Below the pieces are notes generated by a model. It did no database searches, was not told the DNA's origin, and saw only the letters and a list, made by a program, of their open reading frames with translations. This document shows positions 17,812-27,657 of a DNA stretch of 47,252 bases, piece after piece. Each line of letters starts with the position of its first letter. The stretch's first letter is position 1. The position numbers and the translations under genes are program-made. The stretch lies in sequence record DRR723986_1779; one strand, given 5' to 3'.

Positions 17812-19911
17812 ATGGCTGAGCTGCTTCTAGAACTCTTTTCCGAGGAAATTCCTGCACGCATGCAGGCGAAGGCGGAGGCCGACCTGCGCGATGCCATGGA
17901 GAAGGCCCTCAAAGAGGCCGGTCTCAAATGGAAGCTGCTGGCCGCCTGTTCCGGCCCACGCCGCCTGACCGTGTCGATCACCGGCCTCAGCGAGCGCTCG
18001 GCGGATGTGAAGGAAGAGCGCAAGGGCCCGAAAGTAGGCGCGCCGGACAAGGCCGTTGAGGGCTTCCTGCGCGGCGCCGGGCTCAGCGACATCAGCCAGG
18101 CCGAAGTGCGCTCCGATCCGAAGAAAGGCGACTTCTATGTCGCCGTGATCGAAACACCCGGCCGCGACGCAAAGGATATCATCGCCGAGGCGGTGCCTGC
18201 GATCATCCGCGGCTTCCACTGGCCGAAATCGATGCGCTGGGGCAACGGAGACCTGCGTTGGGTGCGCCCGCTGCAGCGGACCACCTGCGTGCTGGACGGC
18301 GAGATCGTGCCGTTTGATGTGGACGGCATTGCCAGCGGCAATCAGGTTGAAGGCCACCGCGTGCATGGCCGCGGGCCGTACACCGTGACCGGCTGGGAGG
18401 ATTATTCCAAGCAGCTGGAAGGCGCCGGCCATGTGAAGCTGACGCGGGCCGACCGCCGGGAAGTGATCCTCAAGGGCATCGAAGCTGTCTGCAAGAAGGC
18501 CGGGCTCGAATGGATCGAGGACCAGGGCCTTTTGGAAGAAGTGACGGGCCTCGCCGAATGGCCGGTCGTCGTGCTGGGCGACATGGACCCGGATTTCCTG
18601 ACCCTGCCGCCGGAAGTGATCCAGCTCTCCATGCGGACGCACCAGAAATATTTCGCCGTGAACGACGCCAAGACCGGCAAGCTCGCACCGCACTTCATCG
18701 TGGTGGCGAACATCGAGGCGGCCGATGGCGGCAAGAAACTGGCCGAGGGCAATTCCCGCGTCCTCTCCGCCCGCCTCGACGATGCCCGTTTCTTCTGGGA
18801 CCTCGACAAGGCAAAGCCGCTGGACGAGATGGCGAAGAAGCTGTCGACCATCGCCTTCAAGGCGGAGCTTGGCTCGCTGGGCGACAAGGTGGAGCGCGTT
18901 GCGGCGCTGGCCCGCGAACTCGCCCCGAAAGTGGGTGCGGATCCGGACCTCGCCGAACGCGCCGCGCGCCTCGCCAAAGCAGACCTCGTGTCAGAAATGG
19001 TCGGTGAGTTCCCGGAACTGCAGGGCGTGATGGGCCGATACTATGCGCTGGAAGCGGGCGAACCCGCCGCCGTCGCCGACGCCATCCGCGACCACTACAA
19101 GCCGCAAGGCCCGAGCGACAATGTGCCGACCGACCCGGTGGGCATCGCCGTCGCGCTCGCCGACAAGCTCGACACACTGGTCGGCTTCTGGGCCATCGAC
19201 GAGAAACCGACCGGCTCGAAAGACCCGTTCGCCCTACGCCGGGCAGCGCTGGGCGTGGTTCGCATCCTGCTGGAAAGTGAAGCTCGTTTGAGTATGCGAG
19301 AAGCTGGCGGCAAGGCCGATTTTGGCCTTGCAGAGCATGCAGGCGGCAAAGGATTTGTCGGTGGGGCGTGGGAAGATTATGGCGAGGATCTCCTCTCCTT
19401 CTTCGCAGACCGTCTGAAGCAACACCTTCGGGATGAGGGCCTACGGCATGACCTGATCGATGCCGTGTTTGCGCTTGGCGAAGACGATCTCGTGCTGATT
19501 ACCAAGCGTGTCGAAGCGCTCGGCGCCTTCCTCGGGACCGAAGACGGGGCGAACCTGCTGGCGGGCTACAAGCGCGCGGCGAACATCCTGAAGGCCGAGG
19601 AGAAGAAAGGCGCGCTGCCTGACAATCTCGTCGTCGATGGCGCGCTGATCGATGCCGGGGCGGAGGAAGAGATCCACCTGCACCAGACGCTCGGCCAGGT
19701 GCGTCACGACATCGAGGAACCTCTCAAGAACGAGGATTTCGCGGCCGTGATGACCGAGCTCGCCAAGCTGCGCGGGCCGGTTGATGCCTTCTTTGAGCAT
19801 GTCATGGTCAATGATCAGGACGCCGCCGTGCGGGCGAATCGTCTGGCGCTGCTGGCCGATATCCGCGACACGCTGCATCGCGTGGCCGATTTCTCCCAGA
19901 TCGAAGGCTGA
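17812..19911 (+). CDS. glyS: Glycine--tRNA ligase beta subunit
   Basis: LLLELFSEEIPARMQ, WPKSMRW, EFPELQG.MG.YYA, GSKDPFALRRAA. Confidence 0.98.
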   Translation: MAELLLELFSEEIPARMQAKAEADLRDAMEKALKEAGLKWKLLAACSGPRRLTVSITGLSERSADVKEERKGPKVGAPDKAVEGFLRGAGLSDISQAEVRSDPKKGDFYVAVIETPGRDAKDIIAEAVPAIIRGFHWPKSMRWGNGDLRWVRPLQRTTCVLDGEIVPFDVDGIASGNQVEGHRVHGRGPYTVTGWEDYSKQLEGAGHVKLTRADRREVILKGIEAVCKKAGLEWIEDQGLLEEVTGLAEWPVVVLGDMDPDFLTLPPEVIQLSMRTHQKYFAVNDAKTGKLAPHFIVVANIEAADGGKKLAEGNSRVLSARLDDARFFWDLDKAKPLDEMAKKLSTIAFKAELGSLGDKVERVAALARELAPKVGADPDLAERAARLAKADLVSEMVGEFPELQGVMGRYYALEAGEPAAVADAIRDHYKPQGPSDNVPTDPVGIAVALADKLDTLVGFWAIDEKPTGSKDPFALRRAALGVVRILLESEARLSMREAGGKADFGLAEHAGGKGFVGGAWEDYGEDLLSFFADRLKQHLRDEGLRHDLIDAVFALGEDDLVLITKRVEALGAFLGTEDGANLLAGYKRAANILKAEEKKGALPDNLVVDGALIDAGAEEEIHLHQTLGQVRHDIEEPLKNEDFAAVMTELAKLRGPVDAFFEHVMVNDQDAAVRANRLALLADIRDTLHRVADFSQIEG

Positions 19912-20126
19912 GCCGGCAGGGCACCGTCCCGCATCGGAACAGATTTTCCCTGTCTGGCGCGGGCCAGAGCGATTTGATACAGCTATGTGACGGAAAACAA
20001 CGTTGTCAGGGCATAAGCGACCTTTCAGCCGCTGGCCATTGGCGCTGCGATGCAGCATAGGGTTTGCAATCCCCTCGCGCGCGAGCGGGCATGCAGAGAC
20101 GCGCGCAGATAATTGAAGAGGACACC

Positions 20127-22820
20127 ATGGGTGAAGCAGCACTGAAGCACGCGGAAGAGACCTGGGTTTACGCATTCGGCGGGGGCACCGCCGATGGCGA
20201 CGCTTCCATGAAGAACTTGCTGGGCGGCAAGGGCGCAAACCTCGCTGAAATGGCCAAGCTGGGCCTTCCTGTACCGCCGGGCTTTACGATCTCTACCGCT
20301 GTCTGCACCGCCTATTACGAGCTTGAGCGGGAATATCCCTCCACGCTCGCCCCGCAGGTCGACCAGGCGCTGGCCGATCTTGAGAAGAAGTCCGGCAAGG
20401 GCTTCGGTGATCCGGAAAATCCACTGCTCGTGTCTGTGCGCTCGGGCGCCCGCGCTTCGATGCCGGGCATGATGGACACGGTTCTGAACCTTGGCCTCAA
20501 TGAAGCCTCGGCTGCCGGCCTCGCCAAGAAGGCCGGTGACCGCTTTGCCTATGACAGCTATCGCCGTTTCATCCAGATGTATTCCAACGTCGTGCTGGGC
20601 ATCAGCCATGACGAGTTTGAGCACCTGCTCGACGAGTACAAGGACCGTCAGGGCATCGACCTCGACACCGACATGAGCGCCGATGACTGGAAGAAGATCA
20701 TCGTGCTCTACAAGGAAGCCGTAGAGAAAGAGCTGGGCAAGCCTTTCCCGGAAGATCCGAAGGAGCAGCTTTGGGGCGCCATTTCGGCCGTGTTCGGCTC
20801 GTGGATGAACGACCGCGCGATCACCTATCGCAAGCTGAACGACATCCCGGCCGAATGGGGCACGGCGGTGAACGTGCAGGCCATGGTGTTCGGCAATCTC
20901 GGTGAGACCTCCGCCACGGGCGTCGCCTTCACGCGTGACCCGTCAAATGGCGATCCGATCTTCTATGGCGAATACCTGATCAACGCACAGGGCGAGGACG
21001 TGGTGGCGGGTATCCGCACCCCGGCCCCGATCTCGCGCGAACGTGCCGACACACTGGGCTCCGAAGACGCTCCGCTGGAAGAGGCCATGCCGGAAGTCTA
21101 CGCCCAGCTGCGCGATGTCGCGAACACGCTGGAGCGTCACTACAAGGACATGCAGGACCTCGAATTCACTGTCGAGGACGGCCATCTCTACATGCTGCAA
21201 ACGCGGAGCGGCAAACGCACCGCCGCAGCTGCCCTCAAGATCGCGGTGGACATGGCCCGTGAAGGCCTGATCACCGAGAACGAAGCCGTGCTGCGCCTGC
21301 TGCCGTCGCAGCTGGACCAGCTTCTGCACCCGACCATTTCTGAAGATGCAGAGCGCGATGTGCTCGTGGTCGGCCTGCCAGCCAGCCCCGGCGCGGCGGT
21401 CGGCAAGGTCGTATTCGATTCCGATGAGGCCTTCCAGTGGGCCGAAAAGGGCGAAGATGTCATCCTCGTCCGTATCGAGACGAGCCCGGAAGACATCAAG
21501 GGCATGCATGCCGCCCGAGGCATCGTCACCGCTCGTGGTGGCATGACCAGCCACGCCGCTGTTGTGGCGCGCGGCATGGGCCGTCCCTGCGTTTGTGGTG
21601 CCGGCGGCCTGCAGGTCGATGGCAAGGCGGGCGTGTTCCGCGTCATGGGCCGCGAAGTGAAGAAGGGCGACGTGATCACTGTGGACGGCGCAACCGGCCA
21701 GGTGATGCTGGGCGCCGTGGATATGGTGCAGCCGGACCTCTCGGGTGACTTCGGCACACTGATGGCCTGGGCCGATGCGGCCCGCCGCCTGAAAGTGCGG
21801 GCCAATGCCGAAACGCCGCTCGATACCCGCACAGCGGTTGAGTTCGGCGCCGAAGGCATCGGCCTTTGCCGCACAGAGCACATGTTCTTCGAAGAAGACC
21901 GCATCCCCGAAGTGCGTGCGATGATCCTGTCGAACGATGTGGCTGGCCGCCGCGCCTCCCTGGACAAGCTGCTGCCGATGCAACGCGGTGACTTCGAGGA
22001 GATCTTCCGCATTCTGGAAGACCGCCCGGCGACGATCCGCCTGCTCGATCCGCCGCTGCACGAATTCCTTCCGCACACCGATGAAGACATGGAAGACGTT
22101 GCCAAGGCCTCCGGTGTCAGCGTCGAAGAGCTGAAGCGCCGTGCCTCTGATCTGCACGAAAGCAATCCGATGCTCGGTCACCGTGGTTGCCGCCTGGGGA
22201 TTACGTACCCGGAAATCTACGAGATGCAGGCACGCGCCATCTTCGAGGCAGCTGTGAACGTGGCCAATGAAACCGGCCGCAAGCCAGTTCCGGAAGTGAT
22301 GATTCCGCTGGTCGCGACGCACCGCGAACTGCAGATCCTGAAAGCCGTGGTCGATGAGCAGGCGAAGGCCGTCTTCGCCGAAACCGGCGTGACGCTGGAC
22401 TATCTCGTCGGCACGATGATCGAGCTGCCGCGTGCGGCCCTGCGCGCCGGCGATATCGCCCAGTCGGCTGCCTTCTTCTCATTCGGCACGAATGACCTGA
22501 CCCAAACCACGCTGGGCATTTCCCGCGACGATGCCGGCCGCTTCCTGAAAGTCTATGAAGACAAGGGAATCTACGAAAAAGATCCCTTCGTCACGCTGGA
22601 CCAGGAAGGCGTTGGAGAATTGGTGAAAACAGCCGCTGAGCGGGGCCGGAACACCCGTCCGGGCATCAAGCTGGGCATCTGCGGTGAGCATGGCGGTGAC
22701 CCGGCTTCCGTGGCCTTCTGCCACCGTACGGGTCTCGATTATGTGTCCTGTTCGCCTTACCGGGTGCCAATCGCGCGTCTCGCCGCGGCACACGCTGCCC
22801 TATCGGAATCGGACAGCTGA
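20127..22820 (+). CDS. ppdK: Pyruvate, phosphate dikinase
   Basis: LGGKGANLAEM, GGMTSHAAVVARG, EGIGLCRTEHMF, SFGTNDLTQ, GICGEHGGD. Confidence 0.98.
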   Translation: MGEAALKHAEETWVYAFGGGTADGDASMKNLLGGKGANLAEMAKLGLPVPPGFTISTAVCTAYYELEREYPSTLAPQVDQALADLEKKSGKGFGDPENPLLVSVRSGARASMPGMMDTVLNLGLNEASAAGLAKKAGDRFAYDSYRRFIQMYSNVVLGISHDEFEHLLDEYKDRQGIDLDTDMSADDWKKIIVLYKEAVEKELGKPFPEDPKEQLWGAISAVFGSWMNDRAITYRKLNDIPAEWGTAVNVQAMVFGNLGETSATGVAFTRDPSNGDPIFYGEYLINAQGEDVVAGIRTPAPISRERADTLGSEDAPLEEAMPEVYAQLRDVANTLERHYKDMQDLEFTVEDGHLYMLQTRSGKRTAAAALKIAVDMAREGLITENEAVLRLLPSQLDQLLHPTISEDAERDVLVVGLPASPGAAVGKVVFDSDEAFQWAEKGEDVILVRIETSPEDIKGMHAARGIVTARGGMTSHAAVVARGMGRPCVCGAGGLQVDGKAGVFRVMGREVKKGDVITVDGATGQVMLGAVDMVQPDLSGDFGTLMAWADAARRLKVRANAETPLDTRTAVEFGAEGIGLCRTEHMFFEEDRIPEVRAMILSNDVAGRRASLDKLLPMQRGDFEEIFRILEDRPATIRLLDPPLHEFLPHTDEDMEDVAKASGVSVEELKRRASDLHESNPMLGHRGCRLGITYPEIYEMQARAIFEAAVNVANETGRKPVPEVMIPLVATHRELQILKAVVDEQAKAVFAETGVTLDYLVGTMIELPRAALRAGDIAQSAAFFSFGTNDLTQTTLGISRDDAGRFLKVYEDKGIYEKDPFVTLDQEGVGELVKTAAERGRNTRPGIKLGICGEHGGDPASVAFCHRTGLDYVSCSPYRVPIARLAAAHAALSESDS

Positions 22821-22845
22821 CAGTTACGGTCCCGAATCGATTGCG

Positions 22846-22880
22846 AGTGGCTGTGGTAATCGCGCCACAGCCGCTTTTTT
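22846..22880 (+). terminator. Intrinsic terminator after ppdK
   Basis: AGTGGCTGTGG-loop-CCACAGCCGCT stem followed by a T run. Confidence 0.8.
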
Positions 22881-22925
22881 GCACCGCAACATGCGCCTTG
22901 TCACAAACGTGGAAATTTTACGAAA

Positions 22926-22938
22926 AATCAACAAGTTG
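22926..22938 (+). promoter_or_regulatory. Candidate IHF site
   Basis: AATCAACAAGTTG matches WATCAANNNNTTR exactly, preceded by an A/T tract. Confidence 0.55.
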
Positions 22939-23015
22939 AGGGTCTGGCGTAAATTACACCGAACTAATTCGCTTATGAGGCGAATTTCATCTGACGGAAT
23001 TGTCACTCCAAACTC

Positions 23016-23031
23016 TGGCGAGGTTCTTGCT
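23016..23031 (+). promoter_or_regulatory. Candidate sigma54 (-24/-12) promoter
   Basis: TGGCGA-GGTTC-TTGCT with exact GG-N10-GC spacing. Confidence 0.6.
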
Positions 23032-23164
23032 AGGTAGCTGTTCGGCAGCATATTCCGCTTGTGAAAGGGCGGTAAAAGCCGCCGGAAACAGTCAAACCAA
23101 GCAGTCCCGGAACTGCACAACAGGGCGGAATCATATCGCCCACCGGGACCTGGGGAGAGCGGTG

Positions 23165-24331
23165 ATGTTAAGGAATCTTCAACCACGTCAGGCGACGCTG
23201 TCGTCAATGCGTGGGCTCCAAGGGAAGCTCAAGCGTTGGTGGATGGCTATGACGAATGAAGAACAGCGCGATATTGTCATTCGCGGCGCGACCGTAGCGG
23301 TCTGCGCGGTGGCAGCGACTGTGACCCTGCCGGTGATCGGTTCTGTCCAGTCCGATATTCGTGCACAGGCAGATTTCAGCGAGCAGGCTCAGCGGTTTGC
23401 GCAGATCGAAGATGGCGGCGCCAGCGTCCGCCTCGCCGACCATGCGCCGTCGCTGCTGGACACGCCGTGGATCCGCACAGTCGAATACACGCTGGAGCGC
23501 GACACAGCCTCCTCGATGAGCCGTTATGCCAAGCGTGACCGGGACGGTGCGGCGATCGCCTCGCTCGTTTCGTTCAAGCCGGAGCACCTGAAGCGCGCCG
23601 AAGCGCTCGACTCCGAAGCGCACTGCATGGCGCAGGCGATCTATTACGAATCCCGCAACGAGCCGCTGGCTGGCCAGCTTGCTGTTGCTGAAGTGATTTC
23701 CAACCGGATGCGTGACCATCGCTATCCGGACACCGCGTGCGGCGTGGTCTTCCAGGGTGCGACCCGGACGACCGGCTGCCAGTTCACCTTCACCTGTGAT
23801 GGCGCCCTTGGCCGCAAGCCGAAAGGCACAGCCTGGGAACAGGCACAGGAGATCGCAGCCCACGTCCTGATGAACCTCGCCGAGGACCGCACGGGCGGCG
23901 CAACCCACTATCACGCGACCTATGTCGATCCGGTGTGGAGCGCGGGCCTGATCAAGACCGACAAGATCGGCCTGCACGTTTTCTATCGTTTCCCGCGCGG
24001 CTCAGAGTGGGCGAAGGTCCGCAGTGCGAGCGCGTCGCGGTCCGCCCCGGCGCCTGTGGTGGCTGAGGCGGAAACCAAGGACCTCAATGCGGAATCACTG
24101 TCCGTCCTGCGCGAAGCCACGGCGGATGAGATGAGAGTGGCTGCCAAAGTCGAAGCCTCTGCAGCTCCGGCCACGGTGACCACATCGACCCGCACGATCA
24201 CCAATGGTGCCCCGCGGCTCACGACGGCCACAGATGGCTCGTTCGAGGTCGCTTCGAACGATATGAGCGTTGATACTTACGCCGCTGCGCAGGCTGCGAA
24301 AGCTGTGGCCGCATCAGGCGGCATGCGCTGA
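23165..24331 (+). CDS. Cell wall hydrolase, SleB/Hydrolase_2 family
   Basis: CMAQAIYYESRNE, GQLAVAEVISNR, CGVVFQG, CQFTFTCDG, ATHYHATYVDPVW; N-terminal TM; start uncertain. Confidence 0.9.
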   Translation: MLRNLQPRQATLSSMRGLQGKLKRWWMAMTNEEQRDIVIRGATVAVCAVAATVTLPVIGSVQSDIRAQADFSEQAQRFAQIEDGGASVRLADHAPSLLDTPWIRTVEYTLERDTASSMSRYAKRDRDGAAIASLVSFKPEHLKRAEALDSEAHCMAQAIYYESRNEPLAGQLAVAEVISNRMRDHRYPDTACGVVFQGATRTTGCQFTFTCDGALGRKPKGTAWEQAQEIAAHVLMNLAEDRTGGATHYHATYVDPVWSAGLIKTDKIGLHVFYRFPRGSEWAKVRSASASRSAPAPVVAEAETKDLNAESLSVLREATADEMRVAAKVEASAAPATVTTSTRTITNGAPRLTTATDGSFEVASNDMSVDTYAAAQAAKAVAASGGMR

Positions 24332-24349
24332 TCTGAAATCCAGACAATG

Positions 24350-24383
24350 AAAAAGCCGCCGGCATATCACCGGCGGCTTTTTT
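24350..24383. terminator. Bidirectional intrinsic terminator
   Basis: AAAAAGCCGCCGG-catatca-CCGGCGGCTTTTTT between convergent genes. Confidence 0.9.
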
Positions 24384-24408
24384 CGTTTGCCTTGCAGGCC
24401 CGGAGGGA

Positions 24409-25218
24409 TCAGTCGCGCGGCGGGACGGACTTCTTCACCTGATTGCGGATCAGGCCTGGCGCCCAGCGGCTGATGAACTTCGCTCGCTGTGCCGCCTTGC
24501 CCGCCATATAGTGGATGTCGTCACCATGCGCCGCGTCCCATGCCCTCTGAGCAGCCAGGGAGACAGGATACACGTCTTGTCCATTCTCGCGGATCTCGTC
24601 TGCCATTTTCACATTGGCGCCTTCAGCGGTGCCCATATCCAGGATCGGCGTATCGATAAACCAGGGCATCAGGCTGGTGACGCGAATGTCGAGATCCCGG
24701 AATTCCGCGTCGAGCGCTTCGGTCAATCCACGGACGGCGAATTTCGTGGCTGAATACACGGCAAGGCGCGGCGAACCGACTATCCCGGCGGTGGAGGCCG
24801 TGTTGACGATGCGCGCCCCTTCCGTCTCCTTCAGCAGCGGCAGGCAGGCCTGCACGCCATTGATGACGCCTTTGACGTTCACGTCGACAACGAGGTCATT
24901 GTCTTCGCCTGAGACTTCCTCGAACCAGCCGTGCCGGCCGATGCCGGCATTGTTGAACAGGACATGCATCTTGCCGCCGGTTGCTTCCGAGAAGCTCTTC
25001 ACGCCCAAAGCCCAGTCGTTGCGATCCCGCACATCCAGCTTCGCATAAACGGAATTGCCGGGGCCGAGTTCGCTGGCCACGTCTGCAAGGCCAGCGGTGT
25101 TCACGTCATAGAGACCGCAGAACCAGCCCTTTTCGGAAAAGAAGCGTGCCGTTTCCGCGCCGATCCCGGAGGCGGCGCCGGTGATGAAAATGCTCTTGCG
25201 GCCGTTTGCGCTGGCCAT
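24409..25218 (-). CDS. Short-chain dehydrogenase/reductase
   Basis: TGAASGIG, NNAG, YSATK motifs. Confidence 0.93.
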   Translation of the reverse strand: MASANGRKSIFITGAASGIGAETARFFSEKGWFCGLYDVNTAGLADVASELGPGNSVYAKLDVRDRNDWALGVKSFSEATGGKMHVLFNNAGIGRHGWFEEVSGEDNDLVVDVNVKGVINGVQACLPLLKETEGARIVNTASTAGIVGSPRLAVYSATKFAVRGLTEALDAEFRDLDIRVTSLMPWFIDTPILDMGTAEGANVKMADEIRENGQDVYPVSLAAQRAWDAAHGDDIHYMAGKAAQRAKFISRWAPGLIRNQVKKSVPPRD

Positions 25219-25263
25219 GTCTGAAATCCCTCCTGCGCGGGCAGTTGCCCAATAAGCGCAGTG

Positions 25264-26118
25264 TCAGACCACATCCATTCCAAGGTCAAGGTTTGGGGCC
25301 GAATGCGTGAGGGCACCGACCGAGATGAAGTCCACGCCTGTCTCTGCAATTGCCGCAACGGTATCCAGGTTCACCCCGCCGGATGCTTCCAGCACGGTCT
25401 TGCCGCCGGCCATGGCGACGGCCTCGCGCAGCGTGTCGGGACTCATATTGTCCAGCAGAACCGCGTGCGGCCCATGCGGCAGCGCTTCTTTCAGCTGATC
25501 GAGCGAGTCGACCTCTACCTCGATCATGCGGAGGTGGCCGGCATACGCCTTGGCTCGTTCCAGCGCAGTGGAGACCGAGCCGCACGCCGCAATGTGATTG
25601 TCCTTGATGAGGACGGCGTCGTCGAGGCCATAGCGGTGAGCTGTGCCGCCGCCACACCGTACGGCACGCTTTTCGAGGGCGCGGTGGCCCGGCGTTGTTT
25701 TCCGAGTACATACAATCGTCGCTTTCGTGTGCGCGATCTTTTCGGCGAAGGTGCGTGTCATGGTGGCCACGGCGGAGAGGCGGCCGAGGAAGTTCAGCAT
25801 GGTCCGTTCAGCAATCAGGATGGATCGGGCAGAGCCTTCCAGGCGCGCGACCACGTCGCCCTTTTCCAGTATGGAGCCATCCGGCTTTTCAATGGTCAGC
25901 TTCACGGACGGATCGATCAGTTTGAGGGCGTAGGCCGCCGCGTCCAGTCCCGCAATCACGCCTTGTTGGCGGGCCGCGATGACGACTTTCAGCTGGGTGT
26001 CCGGAGCGATGGTCGCGTCGGTTGTCAGGTCACCTGCGCGGCCAAGGTCTTCTGCGAGCGCCAGGCGCACGATCGGATCAAGGATAATGTCGGGAAGAGG
26101 GGGCGGAACTGGAGTCAT
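25264..26118 (-). CDS. nadC: Nicotinate-nucleotide diphosphorylase (carboxylating)
   Basis: TRKTTPG, HRYGLDDAVLIKDNH, LLDNM, EASGG, SVGALTHS. Confidence 0.97.
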   Translation of the reverse strand: MTPVPPPLPDIILDPIVRLALAEDLGRAGDLTTDATIAPDTQLKVVIAARQQGVIAGLDAAAYALKLIDPSVKLTIEKPDGSILEKGDVVARLEGSARSILIAERTMLNFLGRLSAVATMTRTFAEKIAHTKATIVCTRKTTPGHRALEKRAVRCGGGTAHRYGLDDAVLIKDNHIAACGSVSTALERAKAYAGHLRMIEVEVDSLDQLKEALPHGPHAVLLDNMSPDTLREAVAMAGGKTVLEASGGVNLDTVAAIAETGVDFISVGALTHSAPNLDLGMDVV

Positions 26119-27656
26119 GAAGAAACGCTCTCTTTGAAGGGGCGTTGGAGGAACTGGCGATGCGGTTCGCCGGTTTCGGGAAAATCGGAACGGTAGTGGC
26201 CGCCGCGGCTTTCATGCCGGGCCTGCGCGCTTTTTACGATCAGGCTGGCGGACGTGATTGCGCGGGCCGGGCCATGCTGCTCACGCAACTGGTCAATCAG
26301 TTCTGACACTTCGGCGAGCCCGCGCGCATCACGGACGACACCGCAGTTTCGTGACATTGCCGAACGCAGGGCCTGCAAGGCTTCATGCGGCAGCGCGTCC
26401 GGTACATGCCCCTTGCTGGCTTTGATGTCCGGCAGTTTTGCCTCCCGCAGGCGCTCGGCAATGCGATGTGAGAAGACGACGGCTTCGAGCAGTGAATTTG
26501 AGGCGAGCCGGTTGGCGCCGTGTACGCCAGTGGACGTACATTCTCCGCAGACGGAGAGACCATCCAGGGAGGACTTGCCCCAGAAGTCCGGCACGATACC
26601 GCCCATGTGGTAATGTGCTGCCGGGGCGATAGGGATCATGTCAACGCGCGGGTCTATGCCAGCCGATTTGCAGGCAGCAAAAACGGTCGGGAAGTGTTCG
26701 GGGAAATGTTCCCCGACGGCTTCTCGGCAATCGAGGAAAGCGCCGCGGCCGGATGTGCGCTCGGTATGGACCGCGCGCGCCACTTCATCGCGCGGGGCAA
26801 GTTCAGCCAGCTCATGATAGGATTCCATGAAGCGCGTGCCGTCGCGGTTGCGCAGGATGGCGCCTTCGCCGCGCAGCGCCTCGGTGGCGAGCGGTGCCGG
26901 ATCGCGGCCGATATCGATGGCCGTCGGGTGGAACTGGACGAATTCCAGATCCGCGACCAGTGCGCCGGCTTCCCACGCCATGGCGATGGCATCGCCGCGC
27001 GCGGCAGGCGGATTGGTGGTGACCTGGAACAGGCCGCCTGAGCCGCCGGTGCAGAGCACGGTTTCGCGTGCCGTCTGCGTCGACAGCCGCCCAGCGGCGT
27101 CGCGCAGGATGACGCCTGTGACATTCAGCTGATCGTCTTGCATCAAGCCGACCGCGCGAACGCCTTCGACGATGCGGATGTGGGAGGCGGAATGAACGGC
27201 TGCGACAAGCGCGTCCATGATGGCTTTACCTGCAAGGTCCCCGGCCACACGAGCAACGCGCGGGTGGGAGTGGGCAGCTTCCAGTGACAGGGCGAGGGCG
27301 CCATCGGGCGTACGATCGAAAGGCACGCCAAGCGCGATCAGGTCGCGAACGCGGGCTGGGCCTTCCTCGGCGATCAGGCGGGCGATGATCGGATCCACAA
27401 GCCCGGCGCCCGCCGCGATCGTGTCGGCCGCGTGCTGTTCCGGGCTATCGTTCGGGTGAAGGGCTGCGGCGAGGCCGCCCTGTGCCCAGGCAGATGAAGC
27501 AGCCTGGCCGAGAGGTGCCGGCGAGATCACGATACAGGGACGCGGAGCGAGCTTCAGTGCGAGGAACAGGCCGGCGAGGCCCGCCCCCACGATCAGGACA
27601 TCACTGCCGGCATGTGCTTCTGCCGTCAGGGTCTGGACGTGCTGCCCGTTTGCCAA
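26115..27656 (-). CDS. nadB: L-aspartate oxidase
   Basis: GAGLAG, SAWAQGG, QFHPT, TEALRGEGA, HYHMGG, HGANRLASNSLLE. Confidence 0.96.
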   Translation of the reverse strand: MANGQHVQTLTAEAHAGSDVLIVGAGLAGLFLALKLAPRPCIVISPAPLGQAASSAWAQGGLAAALHPNDSPEQHAADTIAAGAGLVDPIIARLIAEEGPARVRDLIALGVPFDRTPDGALALSLEAAHSHPRVARVAGDLAGKAIMDALVAAVHSASHIRIVEGVRAVGLMQDDQLNVTGVILRDAAGRLSTQTARETVLCTGGSGGLFQVTTNPPAARGDAIAMAWEAGALVADLEFVQFHPTAIDIGRDPAPLATEALRGEGAILRNRDGTRFMESYHELAELAPRDEVARAVHTERTSGRGAFLDCREAVGEHFPEHFPTVFAACKSAGIDPRVDMIPIAPAAHYHMGGIVPDFWGKSSLDGLSVCGECTSTGVHGANRLASNSLLEAVVFSHRIAERLREAKLPDIKASKGHVPDALPHEALQALRSAMSRNCGVVRDARGLAEVSELIDQLREQHGPARAITSASLIVKSAQARHESRGGHYRSDFPETGEPHRQFLQRPFKESVSS

Positions 27657-27657
27657 G

